Shown: in pieces, positions 27,012-38,839 of the stretch
Numbering within the stretch: the first letter of the stretch is position 1
Layout: every line of letters begins with the position of its first letter
Source of the DNA: the human T2T-CHM13v2.0 reference genome, Homo sapiens
NCBI RefSeq assembly: GCF_009914755.1
Contig: NC_060934.1
Reading direction: 5' to 3' (one strand)
Length of the DNA: 64,000 nt
Made by a program: the position numbers and the translations under genes
The notes under the pieces: model-generated
Told to the model about the DNA's origin: nothing
Seen by the model: only the letters and a program-made list of their open reading frames with translations
The model's database searches: none

Positions 27012-29424
27012 TTCTCTGAATCTCTTGCCTTTGGAAAACAAGTATCTCCCCACCTTTCCTTTAAAAATTAGGATGTAAATACAGGGAGAAGACAGTTTCC
27101 TCACTCCTTTCTGCTTTTGTGTTCTGCTGTTCAAGGGAACGGGGAACTTTCTACCTACCACAAATGCCACTTGAGCTCCTAGAACCAACATCCCCTCCTT
27201 ACCAAATACAAAATGGTAAGACTGGGTTAAACAGAGCAAGACTGCTGTGTCCAGGCAGGATTTCTGCACTAAGGGTCAGGCCTGAGGCCCCTGGGGAGTT
27301 GTTGGTTTGTATCTCGGGCCACACGGCGGGCGGTGCGTGCTCTGCACCGGGCCCTTGCAGGGGCAGCAGTCCTACTGAGTCCACGCGGCGCCCCAGCGAG
27401 CCTGCAGCCCTGCTGTGACGTCCCTGGGCTGCGCCAGGTGACCTCTTGCCCCCTGCTACCATTGGGGTCATGTTGCCCAGAGGAAAATCTGCCTCCCAGA
27501 AATGATGTTCTCTCCATCTGGACAAGCTGCCCCCCAACCCCCCCCAGGAAGGCCAGACTTCAGACAGGCTGTCAGTGACATGGTGACATGGGCCTGCTTT
27601 CCTGAGAAGCCCCTGTCCTTGCCCTTTCTCTTCAGAGGCCCGAGCCCGGTCCCATCATTAAATGCTACAGCTGCTGTTATGTATCCAACTGCCTCTTTTG
27701 TGATCCACGTGAGGAAAACAGAGGCCTGCAAGGGTCAGTGGTTTGCCCGGGATGTTAGTGACAGGTGAAATGACAGCGCCACCGCACCACGAGACAGTCC
27801 ATATTCTAAGCAGGAACTCCTGGGATCCCAGAACCGTATTTCTGGGTTTCGCCAATTACACATTGTCCCCCTTGTAAGGAGATCATCAACATTTTTTTTT
27901 TTCGGTCCTTCTCCGGGCCATCTGTAAAAACAAACATCTGGGGCCAGCTAAAGGGGAAGTATATACTTTTGTTTCAGTAAATCATAAGCAAAATATCATT
28001 GGCAGGGAAAAGAGGTTTGATTTTTCCCTCTCATTTGCCCCGCTCGTAGGAGATCCCTGTGTACTGCCTGTATGAATGGACTCTTCCAAACTCATGGCCC
28101 CACACTGCCTTTATGAGTGCCCGTCTTCACGGGACTGGGGAAGATGCTAAAAATTAGGCCGGGTAGGGAGGCACCCTGGTTTATTGACAACCCATGAAGT
28201 AGATTTCTTAGATCCACTAGACAGAGCTTCCACAAGCCTTTGGGAATGAACATTAAAGGAGTGGAAACAGGACAGCTGCTTTGGACGTGAGGAGCAGGTG
28301 CTGGCCCCTCACTTCCCCGCCTTCCACATGTGTGCCACCGTACAATAAAGCCTCAGCAGTCGTTCTGAGTCCAGACCCGGCCCTCTAGACTGAATTTTCC
28401 TCTTCCCAGTCTTCCTGAGAACCAGTAGTGATGACTCTTGCCCAGCACTGCACCAAGCCAGGTGGCATCAGCTTCCTTGGGAAGCAGAACTGGCAGCAGA
28501 AGAGAGGGGCACCAATGTCTCTGGGGAAGGTACCCTCTTCCAGGCTGGGAGTGTGAGGTCACACCTCACCACTGCAGCGCCCAGTGTCACTTTCCAACCC
28601 TACCTCCTCTTCCTCAGTCACCCCGCCCCTCCCTGCCCAAACTATCTTCGAGGGACTAAATTAAAATGAAAGGTGTGGTTATTGTGGAATAATTAGGCCT
28701 CACGGGGGGAGAGGTGTAGTATATTAATGCCCCAGGGTTGTGATTGGCTAGTAATGCTAGTGCCTGTGTCATGGCTTAATTATCCTACTTCCTCACAATC
28801 TTTTCCTGCGCAGTTGGAATTCCGCATCCAAGCTCGTTTGAGGCAAAACGGCGACCGCGGGCTCCAGTGTCCTGAGTATGTTTGGTCAATGCAGGCGATT
28901 TTCTCCGTGTTTACAATGATTTTATTTCCTAAACCACAAAGCCACTGTGTTTTCACTATCTAATTGTTCTGTGGAAAGTGTTTAACGAGGGCACCGAAGG
29001 CAAATTCTTGCTGTCTTCTGTTAATGTTGTTTTGTTGCAGCTTTAAAAAAAAGTATTTTGCTATCCAGGAAGAGTGGGGAGTAGGGTTAATATGAGAACA
29101 TTAATGCATTTGTTCCTAGAAAGCAAGCCAGTTTCTGGGACAGACTTAACGCTAGACATGCCCTGCAGATACACTGAGACCAAGACAAGGGCGAAGGGGA
29201 AAATTCATATGGGAATTATATTTTAAATAAAGAACTGGCAAATGTGAGAGATGGATAAGCCCCTCATTGCTGTTTTTCTCCCTTTCGTCGTGGATCTGGA
29301 ATCTTTAGAAGGATGGAGGAATACCCAAGTTCCTCCGCAGGCAGCCTCACCCCAAATCAAGAGTCTTGTTCACCATCCCACCTTCTACACAGAATAAGAA
29401 GCCCACTGGAGCCCCTATGCGGGC

Positions 29425-29632
29425 CCTGCTCCCGCTCCCCACCCCGCTTCCCCCCCACTTCCCCCCTCCCCCCCGCTTCCCCCCCTCCCGCACCCCACCC
29501 TGCTCCCACCGCCCCCCCGCCACTCCCGCTCCCCCCACCACTTCACCCCCCTCGCTTCCCCCCCACCGCACCCCCCCCACCCCGCTCCCACAGCACCCCC
29601 CACCCCGCTCCCGCTGCCCCCGGCCCCGACTC
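29425..29632 (+). repeat. C-rich low-complexity, CpG-containing imperfect repeat
   Basis: Runs of C3-C7 with recurring ccccgcttcccccc / cccgctccc. Confidence 0.9.
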
Positions 29633-32105
29633 CCGTTCCAGTGAGGGGAGGTGGGCTTCTCCAGGACGGGCTTGGACTGGGCCTCAGCTCCCACCTGTGC
29701 AGAGTGGCGGCCTGGGAGCTGAGCGTGGCCCTCGGCAGCCCTGCTTCTGAGCTGCATCAGAGGAACGGAGGGGTTCTCTGGCCCTGGCCCGGTGGCACCA
29801 CGGCAGCAACTGGCTTTACCCACTCTGTTTCTGAAGCTCTTCCTATTTTCTCTGGCACATAAGCAGAAGGGAATGGTTTGATGAGGGTCCTGGGTGGGGC
29901 CACAGGCTCAGCCATGTCGTGAGGAGCCCCAGTTAGGCCGCGGGAGGTGGAGTGCGAGGCCCTTGTCCAGCGCACTAGGGCCTGCATGTGGGCCTCATGT
30001 GGAGAGAGCCAGACAGGGCGCCCAGGTCAGCCGCCTCCGCCTTCGCTGGAACCGCCTGCCCCTCCTCCGCTCAGCAGATGCCAGCTCAGTGCCCGCTGCA
30101 CCAGTGATTCTCATAGTTTCTAGGGAAACGGACAAGCAAATCCCTGCTCTTCAACCGGCTGTCTTCTGGTGGGGTTTCTTTTCCTCTGGAAGAACAGAAC
30201 CGTAACTTACCACTCTCACCTAGTTTTTGACTCTGGGTTCCTTGGTGCCCAGTGACTGTTGCCCTTTCCTGTCACAAACCAAACCTTCCCACTCCCTGCA
30301 GCCTCTCACCTTCTCATGCCTCAGAATCAAGTTTTCACCCAGTCGTGATGGAATTTGACAGCACCGCATCGGATAGTCCTGACACACGTGGTTCTCTAAT
30401 GTTTGCATGCAAAAGCAGCGCCGAGGGCTGGTTCAACTCAGATGCCCAAGCCCCACAACCAGAGCGTCTGACTCAGCGGGAGTGAGGGGAGCCCCAGGTG
30501 GTGCCGATGCGGGCGAGGCTGTAACTTTACAGTAACGATCTTCTCCATTAAATGTGTCTGTGGCTACAGTGCCCCCAAAGGACAGGATTGGGCCCGCCTC
30601 CCCCAGACAAGAACTCTGACCAAATGGCCTGCAGAGCATCCGCAGCCCAGGGCCCTGGGCCAAAGGGACTTGACACCACACAACTGTGGTCTTTTTCTTG
30701 GTGACTTTCTCTGTGATCTGGTCATTTAGGATCGAGTTGGGTGTACTTGGTGTGGCAGCTGCTGTGTATAGGTTTCCCCGGGAGAGAAAGTAAAAGCTGT
30801 TTCCATTTTAAGCTTAATGGGGCTTGTATTTATGTCGATCCTTTGTTCTCGGGTCTCTAAATTGACATGAGATTTTCACATTGTTCCGCTGTGCTGCGGA
30901 CAGTGGAAGTTGGAGCCTTCACCAGAGTTCTGCCTGGAAGCATTAGAATCCTGCCTTCCCGGAGTCCTCTCTTTCTCTGCCAGGAGATGAAGCCAGCGTG
31001 TGTTTGGCACAACAATAAGAGCTTTTCAATAGTTGGCTTTTTGGACCTTGTGGCCATCAAGCCTAGCCTCAGGGTCTACAGAAACCCCCTTGATACATGT
31101 CGGAGGCATCTGCTTTCTCACCCCACAAACAGGGACTCGAGTGCCTCAGAGGTGGCCCAGCGGAAACTTCTTCCCTAGCCGGCTCTCCTCTGTATCGAAC
31201 TAAAATCTGCCTCTGAACAGCTTCCACCCACTGATCCTAATTTTGATCTCTTGAGCTGCAAAGAATATCTTTCTCACGTCAAGACCTAAGACTGTTTCTT
31301 GCCTTAGTCCCTTGCCTCTCTAGGCTCAATTTTACTCTTATCAGCTCACTCTCTTTCAACTCAACTTTCATGTCTGGTCACCCTTCTCGGGACGCTCTCA
31401 AAACTATACACACAGACTGACCTTCCCAATGACTGGACTAATGAGAAAGGCTGCAAAATCAGTCATCCATCCAGTCGCCACTCTGGGGAAGAAGATGTTG
31501 AATCTTCATTGCAAGTGCTGTAAAATGAAGTGTAAAGATGCAGTTCCTCTTTTGAGGACAGAATACCCAGATTCTCCTCCTTCAGATACAGACTGAACAC
31601 ACGTTTATTGATCACCCGCTGTGCATCAGACATCAGTGCCGCCTTCTTGGATTGCCACGCCCATCCGCAGAGGCAGTGTGTGTTACTCCCGTTTCGTGAA
31701 TAAACACTAAGCCTCAGCTGAATGGAGCAGATGGCCTAAGGTCTTACAGACTGGAAGGAACAGAGCCAAAAAATTAAAGGCAAATCTGAGTGAGTGCAAG
31801 TTTACTGCTTCCATAAGTAAGTCTCTGCAGTAGCCACTAGATAGACATAAGAGGGGAAATAGAATCTTGACTTCCACATCAACATAATGCTGACTTTGCA
31901 GCCAGACCCCTGGGTTTAAATTCTGGCTCTGCCACTGAGAGTTGTGTGACCTTCCGCACGCGACTTCACTTCACAGGATAACTGTAAAGGACTTAATAGG
32001 CTAAGGCATGTGACGTGCTTTTGGCAATGAGCAGCACGTGGCAAGCACTCACACCTTAGCTGTGCTCACTGTTAGCTTTATTCCCAGTACGGTGGAGCTG
32101 CAGAA

Positions 32106-32952
32106 TGTTAGTTTCCTGTTGCTGAGATGACAAGTTACCACCAACCTCATGGCTTAAAACAACACATTTATTATGTTGCAGTTCTGTAGATGAGGAACCC
32201 AGCAGACTCACTGGGCTAGGGTCAAGGTGTCAGCAGGGTGTGTTCCTTCTGGAGGCTCTCGGGGTAAATCCATTTCCTTTCCCGGCTTCTGCAGGCCACC
32301 AGCTTTACTTGGCTCATGGCCCCTTCCTCCATCTTCAGAGCCAGCAAGTCCTCATGCTGCCATCTCTGATTTTTTCTCTTTTGATTCCTTCTTCCATTTA
32401 CAAAAACCCACCCAGACCATCCACAATAACCTCCCCCATCTCAAGTTCTGCTGATCAGCAACTTTCCTAGTCCATTTTCTGTGGCTTATAACAGAGTACC
32501 TGAAAGTAATTTATTTTAAAGAGGAATTATTTCTTACAGCTCTGGAGACTGAGAAGTCCAAGGTCAAGGCAGTGCATCTGGTGAGGGCCTTCTTGCTGGT
32601 GGGGACTCTGCAGTCCTGAGGCAGTGCGGGGCATCACATGGCCGGGGCTGAGTGTGCTAACATGCTTGCTCAGGACGCTCTTCCTCTACGTATAAAGCCC
32701 TACTTCCACTCCTGTTACATAACCCATGAATTCCTTAACCCACTAATTCATGAACGGATTAATCCATTAATGAGGGCAGAGCCTTCATGATCCAATCACC
32801 TCTTAAAGGCCCTGCCACATTGGGGATAAAGTTTCCAACATATGGAATTTGGGGAACACACATTGAAACCATAGCACATTCCATCTACAATTTTCTCTTT
32901 GCCATGTAACCTAACATATTTACAGGTTCCAGGACTTAGGACATGGATGTCT
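32106..32952 (-). mobile_element. MaLR solo LTR (MLT1C/D-like) interrupted by a second MaLR LTR (MLT1A/MST-like, ~32466-32876)
   Basis: Outer: ttagtttcctgttgct...ggcttaaaacaacacatttatt...tccttctggaggctct, resuming at gccatgtaacctaacatatttacaggttccagg. Inner: agaagtccaaggtcaagg...gattaatccattaatgagggcagagcc...aaccatagca. Subfamily names are from recall. Confidence 0.75.
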
Positions 32953-35900
32953 CGGGTTGGCTGGGGGGTGAACAGAGAACATAATAGTAATTTTTAGTTC
33001 CCTCTCCAAACATAGCCCTTAGGCCCCAAATAAGCTTCATTTACCTATCCAGGAATGGCGCTGTTTGAACAGAGAGAGAAGAGAGAACGGGAATGCCTTT
33101 GTCAAACACGCATCGGCATCTTCTGGTTCAACTCGGTGCCCCCTCCTCCAGCCCTGGCCCAGTGGATACAGGTCCTTCCCAGTTCTACCAGTCTGATAGT
33201 CACCCCTCCTCCCACAGGAAATCCAAGGCTGGTGAGGGGCTAGGGGGAGGTGGTCCAGGTTATCCACATAGCAGAGAAAAGAACTTTTTTCTGGAAAGTG
33301 GAGCTCAGGTCCTTGCCTCTCTGGAAATTTATTTGAGTTGGTTTGAGAGAGCTTCCAAACAGCCCTTCCTCCACAACTGCTGTATCCCTAAGTGGCAAAG
33401 GCCATTGGCCTCCTTGTGGAGTCCTCATGCCCACACCTGGGTGCCGGCGCCCATCCTGCATCCCTCACGGGTACACCGGGGCCAGTCCCTTCAACACTCT
33501 GGGCCTCTGCTTCCTCATCTTTCAAGCGCAGGAAAGACTCCAGTCTAGTTCACAGTTTGCCTGGGAGGATCCCACCTGCAGTAAAATATCCGTCTGAAAG
33601 ATGTCCTATTACCTGTTATTGTCAGTGGGATTAGGAAGAGAAGGAAGGTTGGGGGGTTCAGCTCTCAGCTCTGTTGGAGATATTATACGGGAGTTATTCC
33701 AGGTGATGATCTAGCACCTAATGACCTAGGCACTCGGTCTCTGACCTACAGTGTTAACCTAAGACAAGAATCTCTTCTGGGTGTAGTGTTCATCCCAGAC
33801 CTAGCACAGCTCTAAGGAGAAGGAACCCATCCCGTCCCCTCAGTTGGGATTAGTGTTTGGGATTACTCAATTTGTAGTTTTCCAACAGTGAGCTTATCTG
33901 GGCAAACAAGCAAAGAACTTCTGTGGCCAGGCCAAGGTGGGCATATCCTCACCATCAGGGTCTCTGGACCACCTCGCTTTTCCTGTTCTCCACACCCCAC
34001 CCTGCCCCACAAACAGTTTTCACAAAAGGCCACAGACTTTGTCTGCACATGAGCTGATAAAACCATGGCCATCCTTGCCTGCTCAACCATTCTCTTTCCT
34101 GGCACGCCAGCTGGCCTGAACGTCCGTCGCCTGATTGATAGGTTTTAACCAGTGGTACAACAGGCTTAAAATGTGACGTATCCAAGTTATTGCAGCCACT
34201 GTGCGAGCAAGGTGAGGTGCACTTTGCAGCCTCCGTCTGGGATCCTCTTGGCTTTGTTCTGCCTCCTCCTGCTTGGATGGTGCAGCCTCTGCTTGAAGAG
34301 GTGTTCTGGGAGATTATGAACCAACATTTATAGACCGCACCTCTCCTGAGATGCTCCTTTGGCATTTTGTAAAACTTTTAAGTGAGAAAGCGTAGGGTAC
34401 AGTTCTCAGCACAGACTGAAGGAATCTGAGGTGGGAAGAATGCAGATGGTTGTCCGAGGCAGCATCTTGCCAGCCTGCCAGCACAGAAATGGAGAGTCTG
34501 GGTGTTGGTGGCACCGCATGTGTCTCTGTCTAAGACCTCTTTCTCAATTGTGCATCTGCTGAACGGTCAGTCTTTAGGTACTTGATCAAGGTTGGCTGTG
34601 TGACAAATTGGAGTTTTTCTTATGCTTTAAATTATTTGTTAACATTCAGAAGGTTCTTAAAGGTGGCTAAATGTACAATAAAACTACCCTCTTACAACTG
34701 AGATGCCAGTTGGGGTGAATTTTCAAAGTATTGTCTGATGATGTAGAGTGCACAGGGAGTCTTTCCACTTTAAGGCAAGTCATCTAGTTAACTTTTCTTA
34801 GTCTCATGCTTGATTCTTCTCCCTCCTTTTCTTCACCGTCTCCCCAACTTTCTACTGGGACCGTCTAAGAACAGCGTAGTAAGAAGTGAGAAATTATGTC
34901 CAGTTCACTATAGCCAGCCTCCCAGTTTTTAAATAGGAAGCCAGGGTGTAAAGAGACCTAATTTGCATATTGATTCATTGTCATCAATAACAAAAGGGGC
35001 CCAGGGAGTTTCTAGGCCGCCTCCACCTCTCCTATGGCCCCCTGAGCTAGGCTGCCCCATGCTCATAGGCTATGCGCGTGTCTGTGCCTAAGGAGTTCTC
35101 TGTCCAACTCACTGTTTGCCATCACCATTGGGAGTCAGCCACATGAGAGCAGTGTGTGGCATCAACACACCTGTTTGCAGACCCACCTTGGAGACTTGGA
35201 GGATTTGAGAAGTCTTCCCTAAGCACAAGATCAGCCAGGCCTGGTGTCCTCCAGCGCCTCTTCTCCCTTGCCCCAGGGCGAAGCACTCTCTAGAAGCGCG
35301 CTCTGACGGGCACTACTCTGGAGGCACCTGGATGGGGGCGCAGCAGGCAGCATCTCTGGGCCAGCAGTTCACAGTGTGGACATCATAGGAAGAGAAAGGT
35401 TACAGCCTGGCATACAGGGCCCTCCTGTGATTTCCTGCAAGGTGGGAGAAGGTCCTCCAGCAGAAGCCAGATCAGTGGCTGTGCAGTCATCAACAGTTGG
35501 AGATGTTTAGATGAAAGTGGGGAAAAGTGTTACCTGCTTTCATTGTTTCATAAAATAGATCCTATATCATTTTGTCTGTTCTGTTCAGCCTCTACCTAAT
35601 AACTGATGATGATCTAAAAATGGTGCCAAATACAGTGCCAAATTCATTACATAGATTATTTAATCTTTACAATAACCCGGTGAATTCAGTGCCCTTCTTC
35701 TTCCTCCATTTAAATACAATGAAACAGAAGGTTGGGGAGATGAGGGAACAAGGCAGGCTTAATGAAACCCCATTTTGCCTCCAGTTGTTTTGTGTTTTGT
35801 TTTTAAGATTCCACTGAAAAGAGCTGATGAAACTATAGAGTTGTGTTCTTTATTAAGAGCTATAGTTTCATTTTTCAGTAGCAATGGGGCTGGGCCAGGA

Positions 35901-36099
35901 CCCTTTTTCCTGCCTTTCTCAGTGATGCCCCATGCCAGCCAACCTCCATGATCCTTCCCCTGCTCACCACAGAGGCAGGCAGGTGACCATCCCCACTTAC
36001 AGTGCAAAAAGGTGGGGAGACTGGTGAGGTCTGTGCTGTAAGATGACGTTCTGCACAGTGCAAGCTGCAGAGACTAAGAGCAACAGCCTGTCTTGTGTT

Positions 36100-38690
36100 T
36101 TGTGTCTTGTGTTTTGCTAGATATAAGATTCTGAGTTAATAGGTTTTTTCTTTTTAGCACTTTGAATATGTCATCTTACTAACTTCTCATCCATTGTTTC
36201 TGCTGAGAAGTCAGCTGTTAATCTTACTGGGATCCATGATGAATCATTTTTCTCTTGCTCCATTCAAGATTTTCTCTTAAACTTTCAACATATTTCTGTC
36301 ATGTGCCAGGGTATAGATTTCTTTCCATTTATCCTACTTGGAGTTTGTTTATTTTCTTGCATGTGTGGATTATTGTCTTTCATCAGATTTGGGAAATTAT
36401 CAGCCATTATCTCTTGAAATTTTTTTTCTGGTCTTTAGTGCATGCATTACACACTTTACATGTGTGTGAGTGTGCTTAATGGTGTACCATATTTCTGTGA
36501 GGCTCTGTTCATTTCTCCATTCTTTTTTCTTTCCATCCTTTAGATTGTAAAATCTCTATCAGTATATCTTCAAGTTCACTCATTCTTCTGCCAACTCAAA
36601 CCAACTGTGGAGCCCTATGGTGAATTTTTCATTTTGGTTTTTACTTTTCAGCCCCAGAATTTCCATTTTTTTAAATCAGGACACAAGTAAATTACATATA
36701 GCCTATTAAAACTTGTCAGTTCAATTCAGGTCACATTTATTTATTAATTAAAGTTGTGTAGGTATTTTGCAGATTATTTCACTGGACTTACCCTCATTTA
36801 AAATTGTTTTTGTATGGTGAACTGTCTAGGCTAATTTTTATTTCCATCACTTTCCTACTGAAAGTTAAATTTTAAAATGCTGCCGTTTGCCATTTGCCTG
36901 GTAGATGTCTATCACATGCTAGGGTGTAGGCAGTATGATTTTCTTAGAATTGCAAGTGTCCTCTGTCCTACTTACTTGCATGTACTGTGTTGATTTATGA
37001 ATGTTGAAAGAAATAGATTTACTTTGTAAAATGCAAAAAAGAATTTCCAATTTTTTCTTTTTATAATTTCAGCCTTTTTATTGGCATTCTTTATTTGATG
37101 AAACATTGTAATTACACTTATAATCCTTTAGGCATGATTTTTTAGATTGTTATCATATTTATAATAGCTGCTTTCATGTCTTTGTCCACCAAGTCTAACA
37201 TCTGGGCCCTCTTACGCACAGTTTCTGTTGTCTGCTGTCTGCTTTTTCCTGTGTACGGATTGCATGTTCTTGTTCCCTTGCATATATCATAGCTTTCTAT
37301 TAACAACAGGACATTGTAGATGTTACAGCACTTCTGGGTGCTAATCCTCCTTACCCACTGCACATCACCCCTTCCCCACTGGCTTCTCATTTGTGTTTAT
37401 TTCCTTACTGATTTAGCAAGAATAATTCAGTGAAGTCTATTCCCCTGCACTGTGCCTCTGCTGTCACTCCTCAGAGGCCACAGCCTTGAGCTATGAGTGA
37501 CATTCCTATTTTTCCTTTGTTAAATTACAAAATTCTTCCAGACAGCTCCCTTTCACTGCCTCTTTGCCTGATCTCTGTTAAGTTTCTGGCTGCTGTATCT
37601 CTGTTGTTTTCACTTCCAGCTGTTAGCCTCCACTAATCTTCAGTTGTTTGCGCTATTATTTTTGGCCCAGGAGCATAAATTGTCCCCACAGTCTGCTCTG
37701 ATTGTCCCCACAGTCTGCTCTGACTGTGGCTGGGCCCTTTCGTAGGGGTGCTCTTTCGGCCAGTCCTTGAGGCCTGCTCTGATCCCAGGAGGACTCTTTC
37801 TGGCTGTCCCTTTCCCTGCCCTCTCTGCTAAGCTTTCAGCTGGTCTACTTTGCCATCATGGAGCTACTGCCTACTCTTAATTGCTCACCAACAAAATTTA
37901 TCTTGTTTCTGACAGTGCCTGAGGTTTGAACTTTCCTATACTCTGTTCCAAATAATTAGTTATCCTTAGGGGAAGTTACAGAGCCCTTTGTTCTTGTGAC
38001 CTGTCTCTCCCTGCTCTGGAGGTGGTGCAGGGGCAGTGGCCTGCTTTTCTGTGAATGACACCTCTGGTCTACAGGAAGGGTACTGTGTGAGCATAGGAGC
38101 AACTGGTCTTCTCTCCTTGCCTCTCCCAGCATAAGACCTCCACCCAGTGAGTGAGATGGAGTGAATGGGACCCAGTACTCAGAATGCTATGCCTAGCGTA
38201 GAGCTTCCCCTCCATGAGTAAAGGCTGGACTGAGGTAGGGACCCCTCTGCTTCTTGGTCTAGAATAGAGCTTCTGCCACAGAGTTGGCAGGGGTGGGAGC
38301 TGTGAATTGTCAATGTTGGTAGTCTCCCCCTCCCTGGGAGAAACCATAACCCTGTGTATTTGGAGCTGTGGGAAGAGGTAGCCCCATCTTCTTGGCCATA
38401 CCTGCCCAGGGTAGAGCTTCCTTTATGCTGAGCTTCAGAGGAGGGGATTTGTACCAGGGAAGGGAGCAGGTTGTGGGTTGTGGGTCACATGCCACAGATT
38501 CTTGCTGCTCTTACTGAGATTTGATAAATCTTCTTGAGAAAAATATTTCTTCATCTATACACTTAGGACAATTTCCAGAGACTTTAAGTGGTTGGTTTTT
38601 ATTATTTTTATCTGTTGTAGTTGTTTCACTGGAAGGAGGGCCCAAGGATATCCTTATTTTAGAAGTACTTCCCTGGTGTACCCTAAAATT
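36100..38690 (-). mobile_element. Old L1 (L1M-type) 5'UTR/ORF1 remnant, antisense
   Basis: T-rich text typical of antisense L1M (ctgagaagtcagctgttaatctta...catcagatttgggaaattatcagccattat...cagaatttcca). No intact ORF; boundaries approximate. Confidence 0.65.
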
Positions 38691-38839
38691 GTGTGAAAAT
38701 GTTCAGGCCTTTTTTGCTGGTTTAGAATTCAAACATGTGCGAGGGATAGTTTTTAACACGCTACTTACTAGCGCAGCAATCTGGCAAGGACTATTACATG
38801 TAGACTGGCATCGGATGCAGTCCCTAGAAAATACCCCAA

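Noticed and set aside
29313-29823. Pro-rich and Gly-rich ORFs
   Set aside because: Produced by the C-rich low-complexity tract.
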